A model generated the notes under the pieces. It was not told the origin of the DNA, ran no database searches, and saw only the letters and a list, made by a program, of their open reading frames with translations. Below, piece by piece: positions 30,501 to 39,236 of a stretch of 64,000 nucleotides of DNA; within the stretch, counting starts at the first letter, position 1, and every line of letters starts with the position of its first letter. A program made the position numbers and the translations under genes. Source of the DNA: an uncultured Actinomycetes bacterium (GTDB lineage: Bacteria; Actinomycetota; Acidimicrobiia; IMCC26256; PALSA-610); assembly GCA_963761175.1 (NCBI GenBank), contig CAVXFZ010000020.1, positions 16,231 to 80,230 on the forward strand. Direction: 5' to 3'.

Positions 30501-33500
30501 GGGCGCATTGATGCCGTCGGTGATCGCGTAGAAGAACGCGATCTGCGTGCCGTCGGCCATCCCGGCGGGCACCGATACCTCGACCGTCCCCTTCCCGACG
30601 ACAGTCGGCTGGGGAGCGTTCTCGGGCTTGTCGGGACGTGATGCGATCGATACCGGGTCGCCGTCGGCGTCGACGTCGTTGGCCGTGACCGGGATGCGAA
30701 TCTTCGTCCCCGGCCGCGCCCGAACCGCATCGTTCTCGGGAATCGGCGGCGTGTTCAGCAGCGGCGGCGCGGACACCGCGATGAGCACGGTGCCCTGGCC
30801 GAGCGCGCCGTGGTCGTCGCGCAGCCAGTACGTGAACATGTCGGTTCCGCCGTGACCTTGGTCGGCCGGATCGGCGCGGTACGCGACGGTCGCGCCTTCG
30901 ATGCCGGTGATGACACCCCGACTCGGGGGCGCGCCGAGCCCGACGAGGGTCACCGGGTCGTTCTCGGGATCGACGCCGAGCAACGGGATCGTCACCGAGG
31001 TCGACGAGCCCGCGAACACGCGTGCAACGAGCGGCCGTGGCTGCGGCGGCTGGTTCTCTTCGGTGTCGGCGACGACGTTGATCGTGAGCTCGCCCGTGCT
31101 CGTCGCCAACCCGTTCGTGGCGTTGTAGTTGATCTTCACGGGGCCAGGAACGGCCGGCGCGACGAACCGCAGCGCGTTGCCGTGCGCGTACAGGAAGCCC
31201 TGACGCGTGGGGTCGAGCTTCGTGGCGCCTTCGAGCGTCGTGAACGGCACCGTCGGGTCGAGGGACAGCGCGGCGCCGTTGGGGTCGAAGTCGTTCGCGA
31301 GGACCGGGATCTCCGCGGCCCCGTTCACGCGCACCGTGACCTGGTCGTCGTGCACGACCGGCGGTTGCTGGTCGCTCACGGTCGACGCCGGGAGCACGGT
31401 GACCGATCCCTGGGCGGTCGCGATCCCGTCGGTGACGGAGTAGTCCAGGTGCGCCGGCGCCGTGAGCCGAGTCGTGGCGCTGATGCTGAGCTTCGCGTGG
31501 TCGACGACCGCGACCCGCAGCCCGGCAGGAACGTTGTCGATCCCATCGACGAAGAGCACGTCGTCATCTGCGTCGCTGTCGTTGTTCAGCACCCCGACGG
31601 TCGTGCTGCCGTCGCTTCGGAGCTGGGCGGTGTCGGGTACCGCGACCGGTGGGTGGTTCGGCCCACCCTTGGTGACCCGCACCCGCACCCGCCCCACCGC
31701 CGCACTCACGCCGTCGGTCATCAAGTAGGTCGCAGTGAAGTCGCCGACGACCGTGGGGGTGAACAGGAACTGCCCGTTCGGGAGGAACCGGAAGCGCTGG
31801 CCCGGAATCGGCGTGACCGACACGAGCGTGAGCAGGCTGCCGCTCCCCGCGCTGTCGTTCGCGAGCACGTCGACGGCGAGCTCACGCGTCCCCGACGCGG
31901 TCCGCGCGTTCAGCGACGTCGTCCCGAAGTCGGACGCCGCGATCGGTCGCACGACCCCGGCTTGCACCGTGACCTCGAGCAGGCCGTCGGTCGACTCGCC
32001 GCCGGGATGCTCGTCGGTCGCGCTGTACACGACCCGGATCTTCTGATCGACGCTCGCGTGGGCCGGCGCGGTGACCGTGATCGCGCCGTTCGCGCGCACG
32101 GTCGGTTGCACCGCCGCGGGCGACCCGTCGATGTGCGCGCTCAGCAGACGGATCGGGTCGCCCTCCCGATCGGTGTCGTTGGCGAGCACGTTGAAGGTGA
32201 CGCTGTGCCCCCGCTGCACCGTCGCCTGGTCGGGGTTGAGCTTCGGAGGAGCTTCGTCGTTCGCGCCGTAGACGTGCACCGTGACCGTGCCCGAGACCTC
32301 GCGCGTGCCGTCGCTCACCGTGTAGTTGACGAGCGCGGCCGTCTGGTTCCCTGCGGGCGTGAAGAGCACGGCGCGGCCGTCGTCGGCGATCACAACGGAG
32401 CTCCCCGACGCGGCGTCGGTGCTCGCGGCCACGATCGCGAGGACGCGGCAACGGCTCGGGTCGACGACGTGCTGGATCACCGGGATCACCACCGAAGCGC
32501 CGACCCGCACACCGGCATCGAACGGGCGCGTGGTCGGGCTGCGTGTGTCGCGGCAGTTGGCCGTCGCCGGCGTGCCGTTCGATTCGCTCGATGCACTCTT
32601 GGTCGTCTGGCCGAACGCGGTCTGCCAGGCGGTCGGACCGAGCACCGCCGGCGGGTCGAACGCGACCCACGTGCCGTCGAGCTCGTCGTTCAGCGCGGCG
32701 CGGCCGCGGTTGACTCGCCAGGTGACCGGCAGCGGCGTCGTCGCGTTCGGATCGATCTGGCCTGCAACCGGCTTCTTGCCCGGGCAGATCTGCACGTACC
32801 GACCGTGCTCCGTCCACGCGCCGTACACGCACCCCGACAGCGCGACGGGCGCGATGGGCGCGCCGTAGGAGCCGTCGGCCACCGCGGCCCGCTGGAGCAG
32901 CCCGACGTGGCCGTCGCGCAACGACACCGTCGCCAGCGCCTGCGACGACGCGACGAGAACGGTGCTGCCGCGCCCGCTGGGTTGCTGGAGCGCAGTCGCC
33001 GACGTGAGGTAGTCGGGAAGGGTGAAGGTCCGGCCGTTCGAGGTCAGCAGCACGTGACGGGTGGCGTCGAGGATCACGGCTTCGTGGCCGACGGCGGTGA
33101 TCTGCGGAGCGGCGTCACCACCGATCGCGCGCAGCCGGGTCCGCGTATGGTGCGGGTTCGGGCCGCTTCCCGAGATCGTGTCGAGCAGCCCGTGGGCGGG
33201 GTCGTAGGCGAAGGTCGTGCCGTCGTCGCCGACGACGACCGCGCTCTGGCGGCCGATCGTGAGGTACGGCTTCGGCGCGGTCGCACCCGCGTAGCTCTGG
33301 GACCCGAGCGCCGACGCGTCGGTGACCCACAGCGATCCCGAGCTCGGCGCGAAGACCGCGCCGCGATCACCGCCGAGCCCGACGTACGCGTCTGCGGGGA
33401 GCGGCTGCGCGGCCTGCACGCTCGCCTGCGCGACGGCAACCTGCGCCAGCATGTTCGTCGCGTTGCTGTAGATGACGACGTTCGCGTCGTCCTGCACGAC

Positions 33501-33755
33501 GTCGGGGGTCGCGAGCTTGCTCGCATCGACCGCGGGCGCCATGTCGACCGACTGGATCTCGTTGTTGAGGCGCCCGATCGGCGAGCCGGCGACGCTCTCG
33601 CGGGTACCCCAGATGCCGCTGTCGTGCAGTTCGTACTTCGTCACGTGGTAGCTGTCGGAACGGATCGCGAGCGCGACGGCCCCGGCGAGCAGCGCCACGA
33701 CCACGGCGAGCGCGACGAACCGGCGAATGCGGTCGGTGGGTGGGCGGCGTTCCAC
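27519..33755 (-). CDS. giant (2078 aa) membrane-anchored surface protein with cadherin-like Ca-binding Ig repeats and FN3-like repeats
   Basis: A single uninterrupted ORF. N-terminal anchor FVALAVVVALLAGAVALAI. Recurring NDTDREGDP, NDSDADDD, NDFDPNG, VDPENDP, NDVDADGDP and ENDSDP motifs. Several FN3-like units (e.g. TIDLSWTPP, LTITWSWAPP). A Cys-containing C-terminal domain. Confidence 0.85.
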   Translation of the reverse strand: MERRPPTDRIRRFVALAVVVALLAGAVALAIRSDSYHVTKYELHDSGIWGTRESVAGSPIGRLNNEIQSVDMAPAVDASKLATPDVVQDDANVVIYSNATNMLAQVAVAQASVQAAQPLPADAYVGLGGDRGAVFAPSSGSLWVTDASALGSQSYAGATAPKPYLTIGRQSAVVVGDDGTTFAYDPAHGLLDTISGSGPNPHHTRTRLRAIGGDAAPQITAVGHEAVILDATRHVLLTSNGRTFTLPDYLTSATALQQPSGRGSTVLVASSQALATVSLRDGHVGLLQRAAVADGSYGAPIAPVALSGCVYGAWTEHGRYVQICPGKKPVAGQIDPNATTPLPVTWRVNRGRAALNDELDGTWVAFDPPAVLGPTAWQTAFGQTTKSASSESNGTPATANCRDTRSPTTRPFDAGVRVGASVVIPVIQHVVDPSRCRVLAIVAASTDAASGSSVVIADDGRAVLFTPAGNQTAALVNYTVSDGTREVSGTVTVHVYGANDEAPPKLNPDQATVQRGHSVTFNVLANDTDREGDPIRLLSAHIDGSPAAVQPTVRANGAITVTAPAHASVDQKIRVVYSATDEHPGGESTDGLLEVTVQAGVVRPIAASDFGTTSLNARTASGTRELAVDVLANDSAGSGSLLTLVSVTPIPGQRFRFLPNGQFLFTPTVVGDFTATYLMTDGVSAAVGRVRVRVTKGGPNHPPVAVPDTAQLRSDGSTTVGVLNNDSDADDDVLFVDGIDNVPAGLRVAVVDHAKLSISATTRLTAPAHLDYSVTDGIATAQGSVTVLPASTVSDQQPPVVHDDQVTVRVNGAAEIPVLANDFDPNGAALSLDPTVPFTTLEGATKLDPTRQGFLYAHGNALRFVAPAVPGPVKINYNATNGLATSTGELTINVVADTEENQPPQPRPLVARVFAGSSTSVTIPLLGVDPENDPVTLVGLGAPPSRGVITGIEGATVAYRADPADQGHGGTDMFTYWLRDDHGALGQGTVLIAVSAPPLLNTPPIPENDAVRARPGTKIRIPVTANDVDADGDPVSIASRPDKPENAPQPTVVGKGTVEVSVPAGMADGTQIAFFYAITDGINAPSPFLGQVIVTVDHTALDVPVAVDDIVPGVRSPDPQASVRVPVLENDSDPAYGRDQLTILPSFNRNYTVAGDSIVVPVGTRSRLVSYCIENPEHSSSCAFVQMAVGNPKDAPPVAVTDNATTSVGHPVTVDVTANDTHAPGTSLRVTTIVGSRWGTARVDSGRRVTFTPAANAPGYGSVVYQVTDGTQSAEGIFFVTVSGNQPPVLEGSEISVLPGQHVLVSLPAHLVGNKAPTGKERFELLGKQLPAGVTAALSGNTLDVGASFDASGRTGSVVLRATNGRLVSRAALFQIRVTEPPLPQAASFTAGPFKQGSGAHTIDVLAHVTDPARKGLHIVTASVSHSAGTVTWDTTVGGLLRFAPSGSFTGSTQIFVTVGDATGETARRVVATVSVSVYGSPTRPTVAPSVSARTDASTNTSYFALDWSSGPAFPRGAAIDHYQVNWSGGDRADRTCAGSGPRSAFSGLSFAQAYSFRVRAVDVFGEPGPWGPASRSQHYDVAPPAVASASATFDLTSPTTIDLSWTPPIRYSGSAIRYYDIYDGSHLRASVAAPAAGTRITGLTTGAPYAFTIRTRNASNEQSDGVTTPVARPLGVPTSIATPVVSESLNVNDSVDVSWSTPSSSADTAATGGDDPANLQYFVMIDGGTPHPAANPGFYNFSNPSQGHTYQIRIGVANTLVARACHGALSSCARYVSATVSFTTYGPPSAVTGLAATANAAQQLSLTFTPGKLAPGSPADLQSKVFLTAVTPAVPGLDVSAPIEITSGWSTPASLTVGQSYQFTVVSCAVPASVPTRRFCETNSQSVSATPNGAPGQVAKPTGVADGLTITWSWAPPSDGCGGCGIQYYVVARIGNVTATTVQADYAAYDTLYCVTVIAVNNLDVMGPESQHGCATTGPAPVTFTVAAGAATPPTECGGDPACRWWSFSETGIPVGSYTLQCFDRTSGDYGINQPITITGPSWSSTGYCANAVSGRTVYAVLSGSAGMYQSSDYVWP

Positions 33756-33802
33756 TCAGACTCCGGAGCCTGAGAACGCCGGGCCGCCCGTCGCCGCGAG
33801 CG

Positions 33803-34810
33803 TCACACCCGCGCCGAAGCGCCGGGCGGGTGGGCGCTTCGGCCGGCGCGCTCGTCGTCCGTGACCACGACCGCGACCTGGTCCCCGAAGAAGATCTTGT
33901 CGCCCGCGGGCACGATGACCCGTTCGAGCGGTCGGACCCGCCGCGCGGTCTGCGGATCGGAGCCGACCAGCGTGCCCGTGGCCGAGTACTGGTCCTCGAC
34001 CATGATCTCACCGAGATGGGCGCGCAGCGCGAAGTGCGTCTCGGAGACGGCGCCGGTGGCGCCGTCGACGCGGAACCATTCGACCGCGCGCCCGTCGGCA
34101 TCGCGCCGTACAGGATCGCGGCCCACGAACACGACACCCATGACGCGCACACGGTCCCCGTTCTCGAACTGCACCTCGGGCAGCTCGAGCACGCGATCGG
34201 CACCGCGCCGGCGGCGACGGCGCGTCGGCTCACGCTCGGACTCCGCGCGCTCCAGCGCGACAAGGTCGATGAGCCCGTCGCGCTCGGTGACGAGCGTGGG
34301 GCGCAACGACCGCACCGGGAGGAAGTCGTCGTCGCCGCCCCGCTCCGTCTCGTTCAGCTCCGACGACGGCACGAGCGCGGCCTCGAGCTCCTCGAAGCTG
34401 CGCTGCAACTTCAGGTAGACGTCGCGCAGGAGCTTGCCGGTGAGGATCACGCGCACGCTGGCGCGTTCCTCGCTGACGCGCATCGTGCACGCCTCGGTGC
34501 GCTTGATGAGCAGGATCCAGTAGCCGGCACCGAGCAGCCCCACGGTGAGTGCCCAGCCCGTGACGGTCGCCCACTTCGGCCGGTACACACGCGTGAACTG
34601 GTAGACGCCGTCGCCGAGCGTCGAGGAGCGGTAGATCTCGGTGCCGCAGATCGTGCGGACCGCGAGTTCCGCGGCGGAGACGCGATCCAGCCGGCGCAGC
34701 TCGATGGTCGTCGAAACGCCTGCTCCGGCGCCCGCCCTGGTCACTCGCACAGCCACACATCCCAGCGTCGCAGGAAGTGGAGCGTAGAGAGTCGGCGCGT
34801 CACCGGTCAA
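33803..34810 (-). CDS. FHA-domain membrane protein
   Basis: C-terminal FHA pattern VFVGRDP..VSETHFALRAHLGEIMVEDQYSATGTLVG, plus a central TM helix (WALTVGLLGAGYWILLI). The start (TTG 34810) is uncertain. Confidence 0.75.
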   Translation of the reverse strand: MTGDAPTLYAPLPATLGCVAVRVTRAGAGAGVSTTIELRRLDRVSAAELAVRTICGTEIYRSSTLGDGVYQFTRVYRPKWATVTGWALTVGLLGAGYWILLIKRTEACTMRVSEERASVRVILTGKLLRDVYLKLQRSFEELEAALVPSSELNETERGGDDDFLPVRSLRPTLVTERDGLIDLVALERAESEREPTRRRRRRGADRVLELPEVQFENGDRVRVMGVVFVGRDPVRRDADGRAVEWFRVDGATGAVSETHFALRAHLGEIMVEDQYSATGTLVGSDPQTARRVRPLERVIVPAGDKIFFGDQVAVVVTDDERAGRSAHPPGASARV

Positions 34811-34835
34811 CGTGCCACAAGGGTCACAAAGGACA

Positions 34836-36489
34836 TCACCAGCCGCATGATCTTAACTCTCCCGCGCTCGCGTCGACAGCAGCAACGGACTCCATCGACC
34901 TCGACGCTCGTGGTCCGCGCCGGATCGGTCCCCCGCGCTGCGCCATGCCGATCGTGGGAGCACGATCGTTCGGCACCGGCACCCCGAAGTAGTCGCGTGC
35001 CGGCGCACCGGGCAGCAGCGTCCCCGCGCCGATCGCCGGCGAATCCCCGCGCAGCCGGAAGCCCGACCCGACCCGGAGGCGACCCTCGCCCCGGCGGCTC
35101 GGATCGACGAAGTGCGGGTCGCCCACCACCGCGTTGGTGCCCGACGGCGGGAGCCCCGAGAAGAGGTTGTTCGTGCAGTGGTCGCCGCAGGGCAGCGGAT
35201 CGGTCTGCGGGCTCGTCGCGACGACGAGGTTGTTCGCGAACACGAAGTCGCCCGGCGCGAACAGCGTCGACTGCGGGATGAGCTCGAGCGTTACGAGCGG
35301 CTGCGGCGCGACGAAGGTGTTGTCGTAGAAGCGCAGTCCGTCGAGCGTGCCGATGTTGCCGCTCTGGATGTCGCACGGTGCGTCGTTGAACGACGTCGCA
35401 TCGTCGACGCTCAGGTTGTACCTGACCTCCGCGGCGCGCGGTTCGCCGTCGGTGCAGAGGAGGATGAAGCCGCCGGCGTTGTCGTGGCTGTAGTTGTACT
35501 GGACGACCGTTCCGTCCTGGTTGTAGTCGATGTCGTAGCCGGTGCCGTCGCAGCCGTTGAACTGCATGCCCGACACTTCGTTGTACTGGATGAGTGTCGA
35601 GTTGGCGCCGAAGGTCCAGATGCCCGCGTTGCACACCGGGTTCGGCCCGTACCACGGCGTACCGGCGCGGTTGCCGTCGACGACGACGTTGTGCTCGAGC
35701 ACCGCGCCGTTCGTCCCCGTTGCGACGATGCCGTCGCCGGCGAGGTGCTCGAGCCGGTTGCCGCGCACGTGGACCCGCGTCGACCCCTGCGGCCACGGCT
35801 CGCCCGCGCGGTCGGCTGCCACCGGACGCGCCCGCGATGAAGATGCCGCTGCGGCTCACGTTCGCGATGTGATTCGCCACGATCTCGACACCGTCGAAGC
35901 GACCACCGGCGGCGGCGTCGACCTGGATTCCACCGCTGCCACCGAAGTCCTTGCTCAGATCGCCGGCGACGTCGTGGATCGACAACCCGCGCACCACGAC
36001 GTCGGAGACCTCGATCCCGTCGGCCACGAGATGGACGCCTCGACGGCGTTGCGCCGTCGCGCCCGGGTTGCTCACGTCGAGGGACTCGAGCACGACGTGG
36101 TCCACGTTGCGCAACAGCACCCCGTCCTCGCCGCTGCCGACGATACGGGGCAACGATCCGAAGCCGTAGGCGCCGATGACGATCGGCGCGTGCTCGGATC
36201 CCGCGCCCTGCGGCGCCAGCGCGCCGGTGCAGGTGGTCGCGCGGTGGAACCGCACCTGGTCGCCCGGCGCGAGCACGACCGCGTTCACGTCGGCGATCGC
36301 ATTGAACGGCCGCCAACGCGAGCCGTTGCCGTCGGTGGTGGCGCGGCAGTCGACGTAGAACGTGTGCGCGCCGTCCGCCCGGGGCGCAGGTGCCGCGCCC
36401 GCGGCGGTCGTCGCCGTTGCGGCGGCACCTCCGAGCAACGCGATCACCGAGACGAGTGCGATCCGACGCCCGCTCGTTCCTCGAGCCAC
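34836..36489 (-). CDS. secreted right-handed parallel beta-helix (pectate-lyase-fold) protein. The frame is broken near 35818-35827.
   Basis: GTG 36489 with GGAGAGGAGGG upstream, and a signal peptide. Beta-helix repeats (VLLRNVDHVVLESLDVSN.., VVVRGLSIHDV, IVANHIANVSRSGIFIAG) continue in the next frame as VAADRAGEPWPQGSTRVHVRGNRLEHLAGDGIV..YNYSHDNAGGFILL. Confidence 0.7.
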
Positions 36490-36582
36490 GCAACCCTCCT
36501 CTCCGTGGGCCCCGCGGCGGCGGAGCCGCCCACTCCGGCGGCGTTGTGTCGCGCCGAACCTAGCAATCCGGACGCATCGGGT

Positions 36583-39034
36583 TCACGGGCCGTACGCGTA
36601 GAGCGTCCCGCTCCACGTCCCCACGAGGAGCTCGCCGTTGACGACGGTCGGGCCGGCGTAGACGGAGTCGTCGAGCTGATTCCCGCTGTTCCAGAGCTGC
36701 CGGCCCGTCGCCGCGTCGAGCGCGTACTCGGTCGCGCCGTAGCCGTCACCGAAGTACACGACACCGTTCGCGATCGTCGGTGGCGACTCCGGCGTGTTGT
36801 TCGGACCGATCGTCGCGTTCCACGTCTTCGTCAGCTGGCAGTTCGCGGCGACCTTGAACGCGACCATCCCGCGTGTGTACGGCGCGCTGTCGGACGAGTT
36901 CGCGACGAACAGCGTGCGCAGCGACGCCGAGTACGCGGGGATCCCCACGAACGTCTCGTCGTTCACGTCGGCGACCTGGATCCGCTGCGTCGGGCCGTCG
37001 CCGACATGTCCCTGGCTGTACACGACGAGCACACCCGACTTGTTCTCCGCCGCGACCTGGACGGGGCAACCCGGCGCCTGGTACACGATCGGCGTCGCAC
37101 CGAAGTCGACGTCGAAGCCGGTGAGCCCCGGGTAGTTCGCACCCACGACGTTGAGGTTGCCGTCGAGCTCGACGACCTGATCGGAATAGCCGTACGACTC
37201 GGGCGTCGTGAACGCGTTCCCCGTCGCGACGAAGACGTGGTGGCTCACCGGGTCGTACGACGCGCCACCCGGACCCCACATTCCGCCGCCGTCGAAGCGC
37301 CCGGCCGGCGTGAACACCTTCGAGATGGAGTGCGACGCGACGTCGATCTTCGTGAGCGAGCCGTGGTACGGGCGGTAATCGCAGTGGCTCGCCGCCTGCA
37401 CGTACAGCGCGGCGCCGGTGGAATCGGTGGTGATGCCTCCGTACGACGTCGTCTCGTTCGGGTCGAAGACACGAGTGACGGGCCAACCCGCCTTCTCCTT
37501 GCCGGTCGCGAGGTCGTACGCGTGCACGGCGCCGTCGGACGCGGCGATGTAGACGGTGTTGCTCTTCCTGTCGATCAGACCCCCGCCGCCGATGCCGAAC
37601 ACGCCGTCCTGGATGTCGGTGCAACCGTCGATCGTCACGGTCGGCAGCGTGTGCTGCCAGAGGATCGTGCCGGTGTGCTCGTCGATCGCGGCGAAGTGGC
37701 CCTTCTCGTCACCCACGTAGACGACGTCGAAGGTGTCGCCGCCGATCACCACACCGGCCGCGACCATCGGCTGGCCGACGATCACGCCACCGAGATGCGT
37801 CGACCAGAGCTTGTGCAGCTTGTCCGCGTTGCCCACACCGATCGCGGTCTCGACGGTGTTCTCGCCGGTGTTGCGCGCGTCGAATCCGTAGGTCGCCCAG
37901 TCGGTGCCGGTCGGGACAGCCGATGCCGTTGTGATCCGGGTCGAAGCCCTGCGGATCGGGCGCCAGCACCCGGAAGTTGCGGTACGGGATGTCGGAACAG
38001 TGCAGGACCGGAGGCGGGGCCGGAATGCACACGTCGGGATAGGCAGGATCGCAGCTCGGGTGCGTCGTCGTTGTCGTCGAGGACGTCGAGGTCGACGACG
38101 ACGACGGAACCGTGAGCGTCGTCGTCTGCGCAATCGCGTGCTGCGACACGACCCAGTAACCGTGGCCGGTGTGGCTCGCGGCGATGCCGACGACCGACGG
38201 CGTCGCCGAAGCGGTGCTCGCCAGCGACCCGTAGAAGTGCGCGTCGCCGAAGCTGAAGATCCCGCCGTCGCGCGCGACGAGCCAGTAGCCGTGACCCGAG
38301 CGGGTCGGCGCGAGGCCCGCAATCGGTTGCGCGAGCCGGATTGCACCGGTCGAGCCGTGGAAGCGTGCGTCACCGAAGCTGAAGATCCCGCCGTCGGACG
38401 CGACGAGCCAGTAGCCGTGACCCGACGCGGTTCGCGCCATCCCGACGATCGGGCGATTCAGGTGCAAGCCCCCGGTCGAGCCGTGAAACGCCGCGTCGCC
38501 GAAGCTGAAGATCCCGCCGTCGGACGCGACGAGCCAGTAGCCGTGGCCCGACGCGGTCGACGCCATCGCGACGATCGGGCGGTTGAGGTGCCGACCGCCC
38601 GTCGAGCCGTAGAAGTGCGCGTCGCCGAAGGCGAAGATCCCGCCGTCGGACGCGACCAGCCAGTACCCCTGCCCCGACGACGTGGCGGCGATCCCGACGA
38701 TCGGGCGGCTCAGGTGCCGACCGCCCGTCGAGCCGTAGAAGTGCGCGTCGCCGAAGGCGAAGATCCCGCCGTCGGACCCGACCAGCCAGTACCCGCGCCC
38801 CGACGCGGTGGCGGCGAAGCCGACGATGGGATGCGCCAGCGCCATCGACCCCGTGGAGCCGTGGAACCCGGCGTCGCCGAACGCGAACACGTTCTCCGCG
38901 TGGCTCGACGCGCTCGCACCCGGTACCCGTGCGGAAACCGCGACCGCACCGATCAACAGCAGGCCGGCGAGCAGCGCCGCCCGGCGCCGCGCGCGTCCGA
39001 TCTGCCCTCTCCGACCCGCCCGCCCAGAGATCAT
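36583..39034 (-). CDS. secreted multidomain protein: six ~44-aa propeller-type repeats, a Ser/Thr linker, a Cys-rich Excalibur-like motif, and a PQQ-like beta-propeller. The frame is broken near 37905-37921.
   Basis: Signal peptide at ATG 39034. Repeats GYWLVASDGGIFAFGDAHFYGSTGG..RPIVG. The segment ..HPSCDPAYPDVCIP..DPDHNGIGC is followed in the next frame by PTGTDWATYGFDARNTGEN.. and PQQ-like repeat blades. The propeller half has no plausible independent start or signal peptide. Confidence 0.65.
38120..38896 (-). repeat. intragenic tandem repeat, about 132-bp period, six copies
   Basis: Adjacent units are near-identical at DNA level (e.g. ..gtgccgaccgcccgtcgagccgtagaagtgcgcgtcgccgaaggcgaagatcccgccgtcgga.. 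occurs twice, about 132 bp apart). Confidence 0.8.
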
Positions 39035-39168
39035 CCGTGATCACACCCCACGTAGCCCGACTCCTTAGTACAGGAGGAAACGGGCGTGTTGTCAAGCTCC
39101 GGCTGGGTGGAAGGACCTGCGGTGGGCCTGGCGCGAGCCCCGCGACGGGCGCGAGTCCGTAGCATTGC

Positions 39169-39203
39169 GGGCTCGGGCCGGGCTCGTACGGGCTCGGGCC
39201 GGG
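39169..39203. repeat. 14-nt direct repeat (gggctcgggccggg) x2 with a 7-nt spacer, upstream of the LDH-like gene
   Basis: Exact copies at 39169-39182 and 39190-39203, 34 nt before ATG 39237. Confidence 0.8.
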
Positions 39204-39236
39204 ATCCGGTCGAGCAACGGCGGCGGGAGCATCGGG

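Noticed and set aside
39066-39100. A strong SD-like AGGAGGAAA followed by GTG at 39086, which might start a leader peptide or gene upstream of the LDH-like gene.
   Set aside because: The downstream frame (ORF 39086..40069) is Arg/Gly junk that runs out of frame through the LDH-like gene. The motif is half of a small inverted repeat (ctcct..aggag) in the divergent promoter region.
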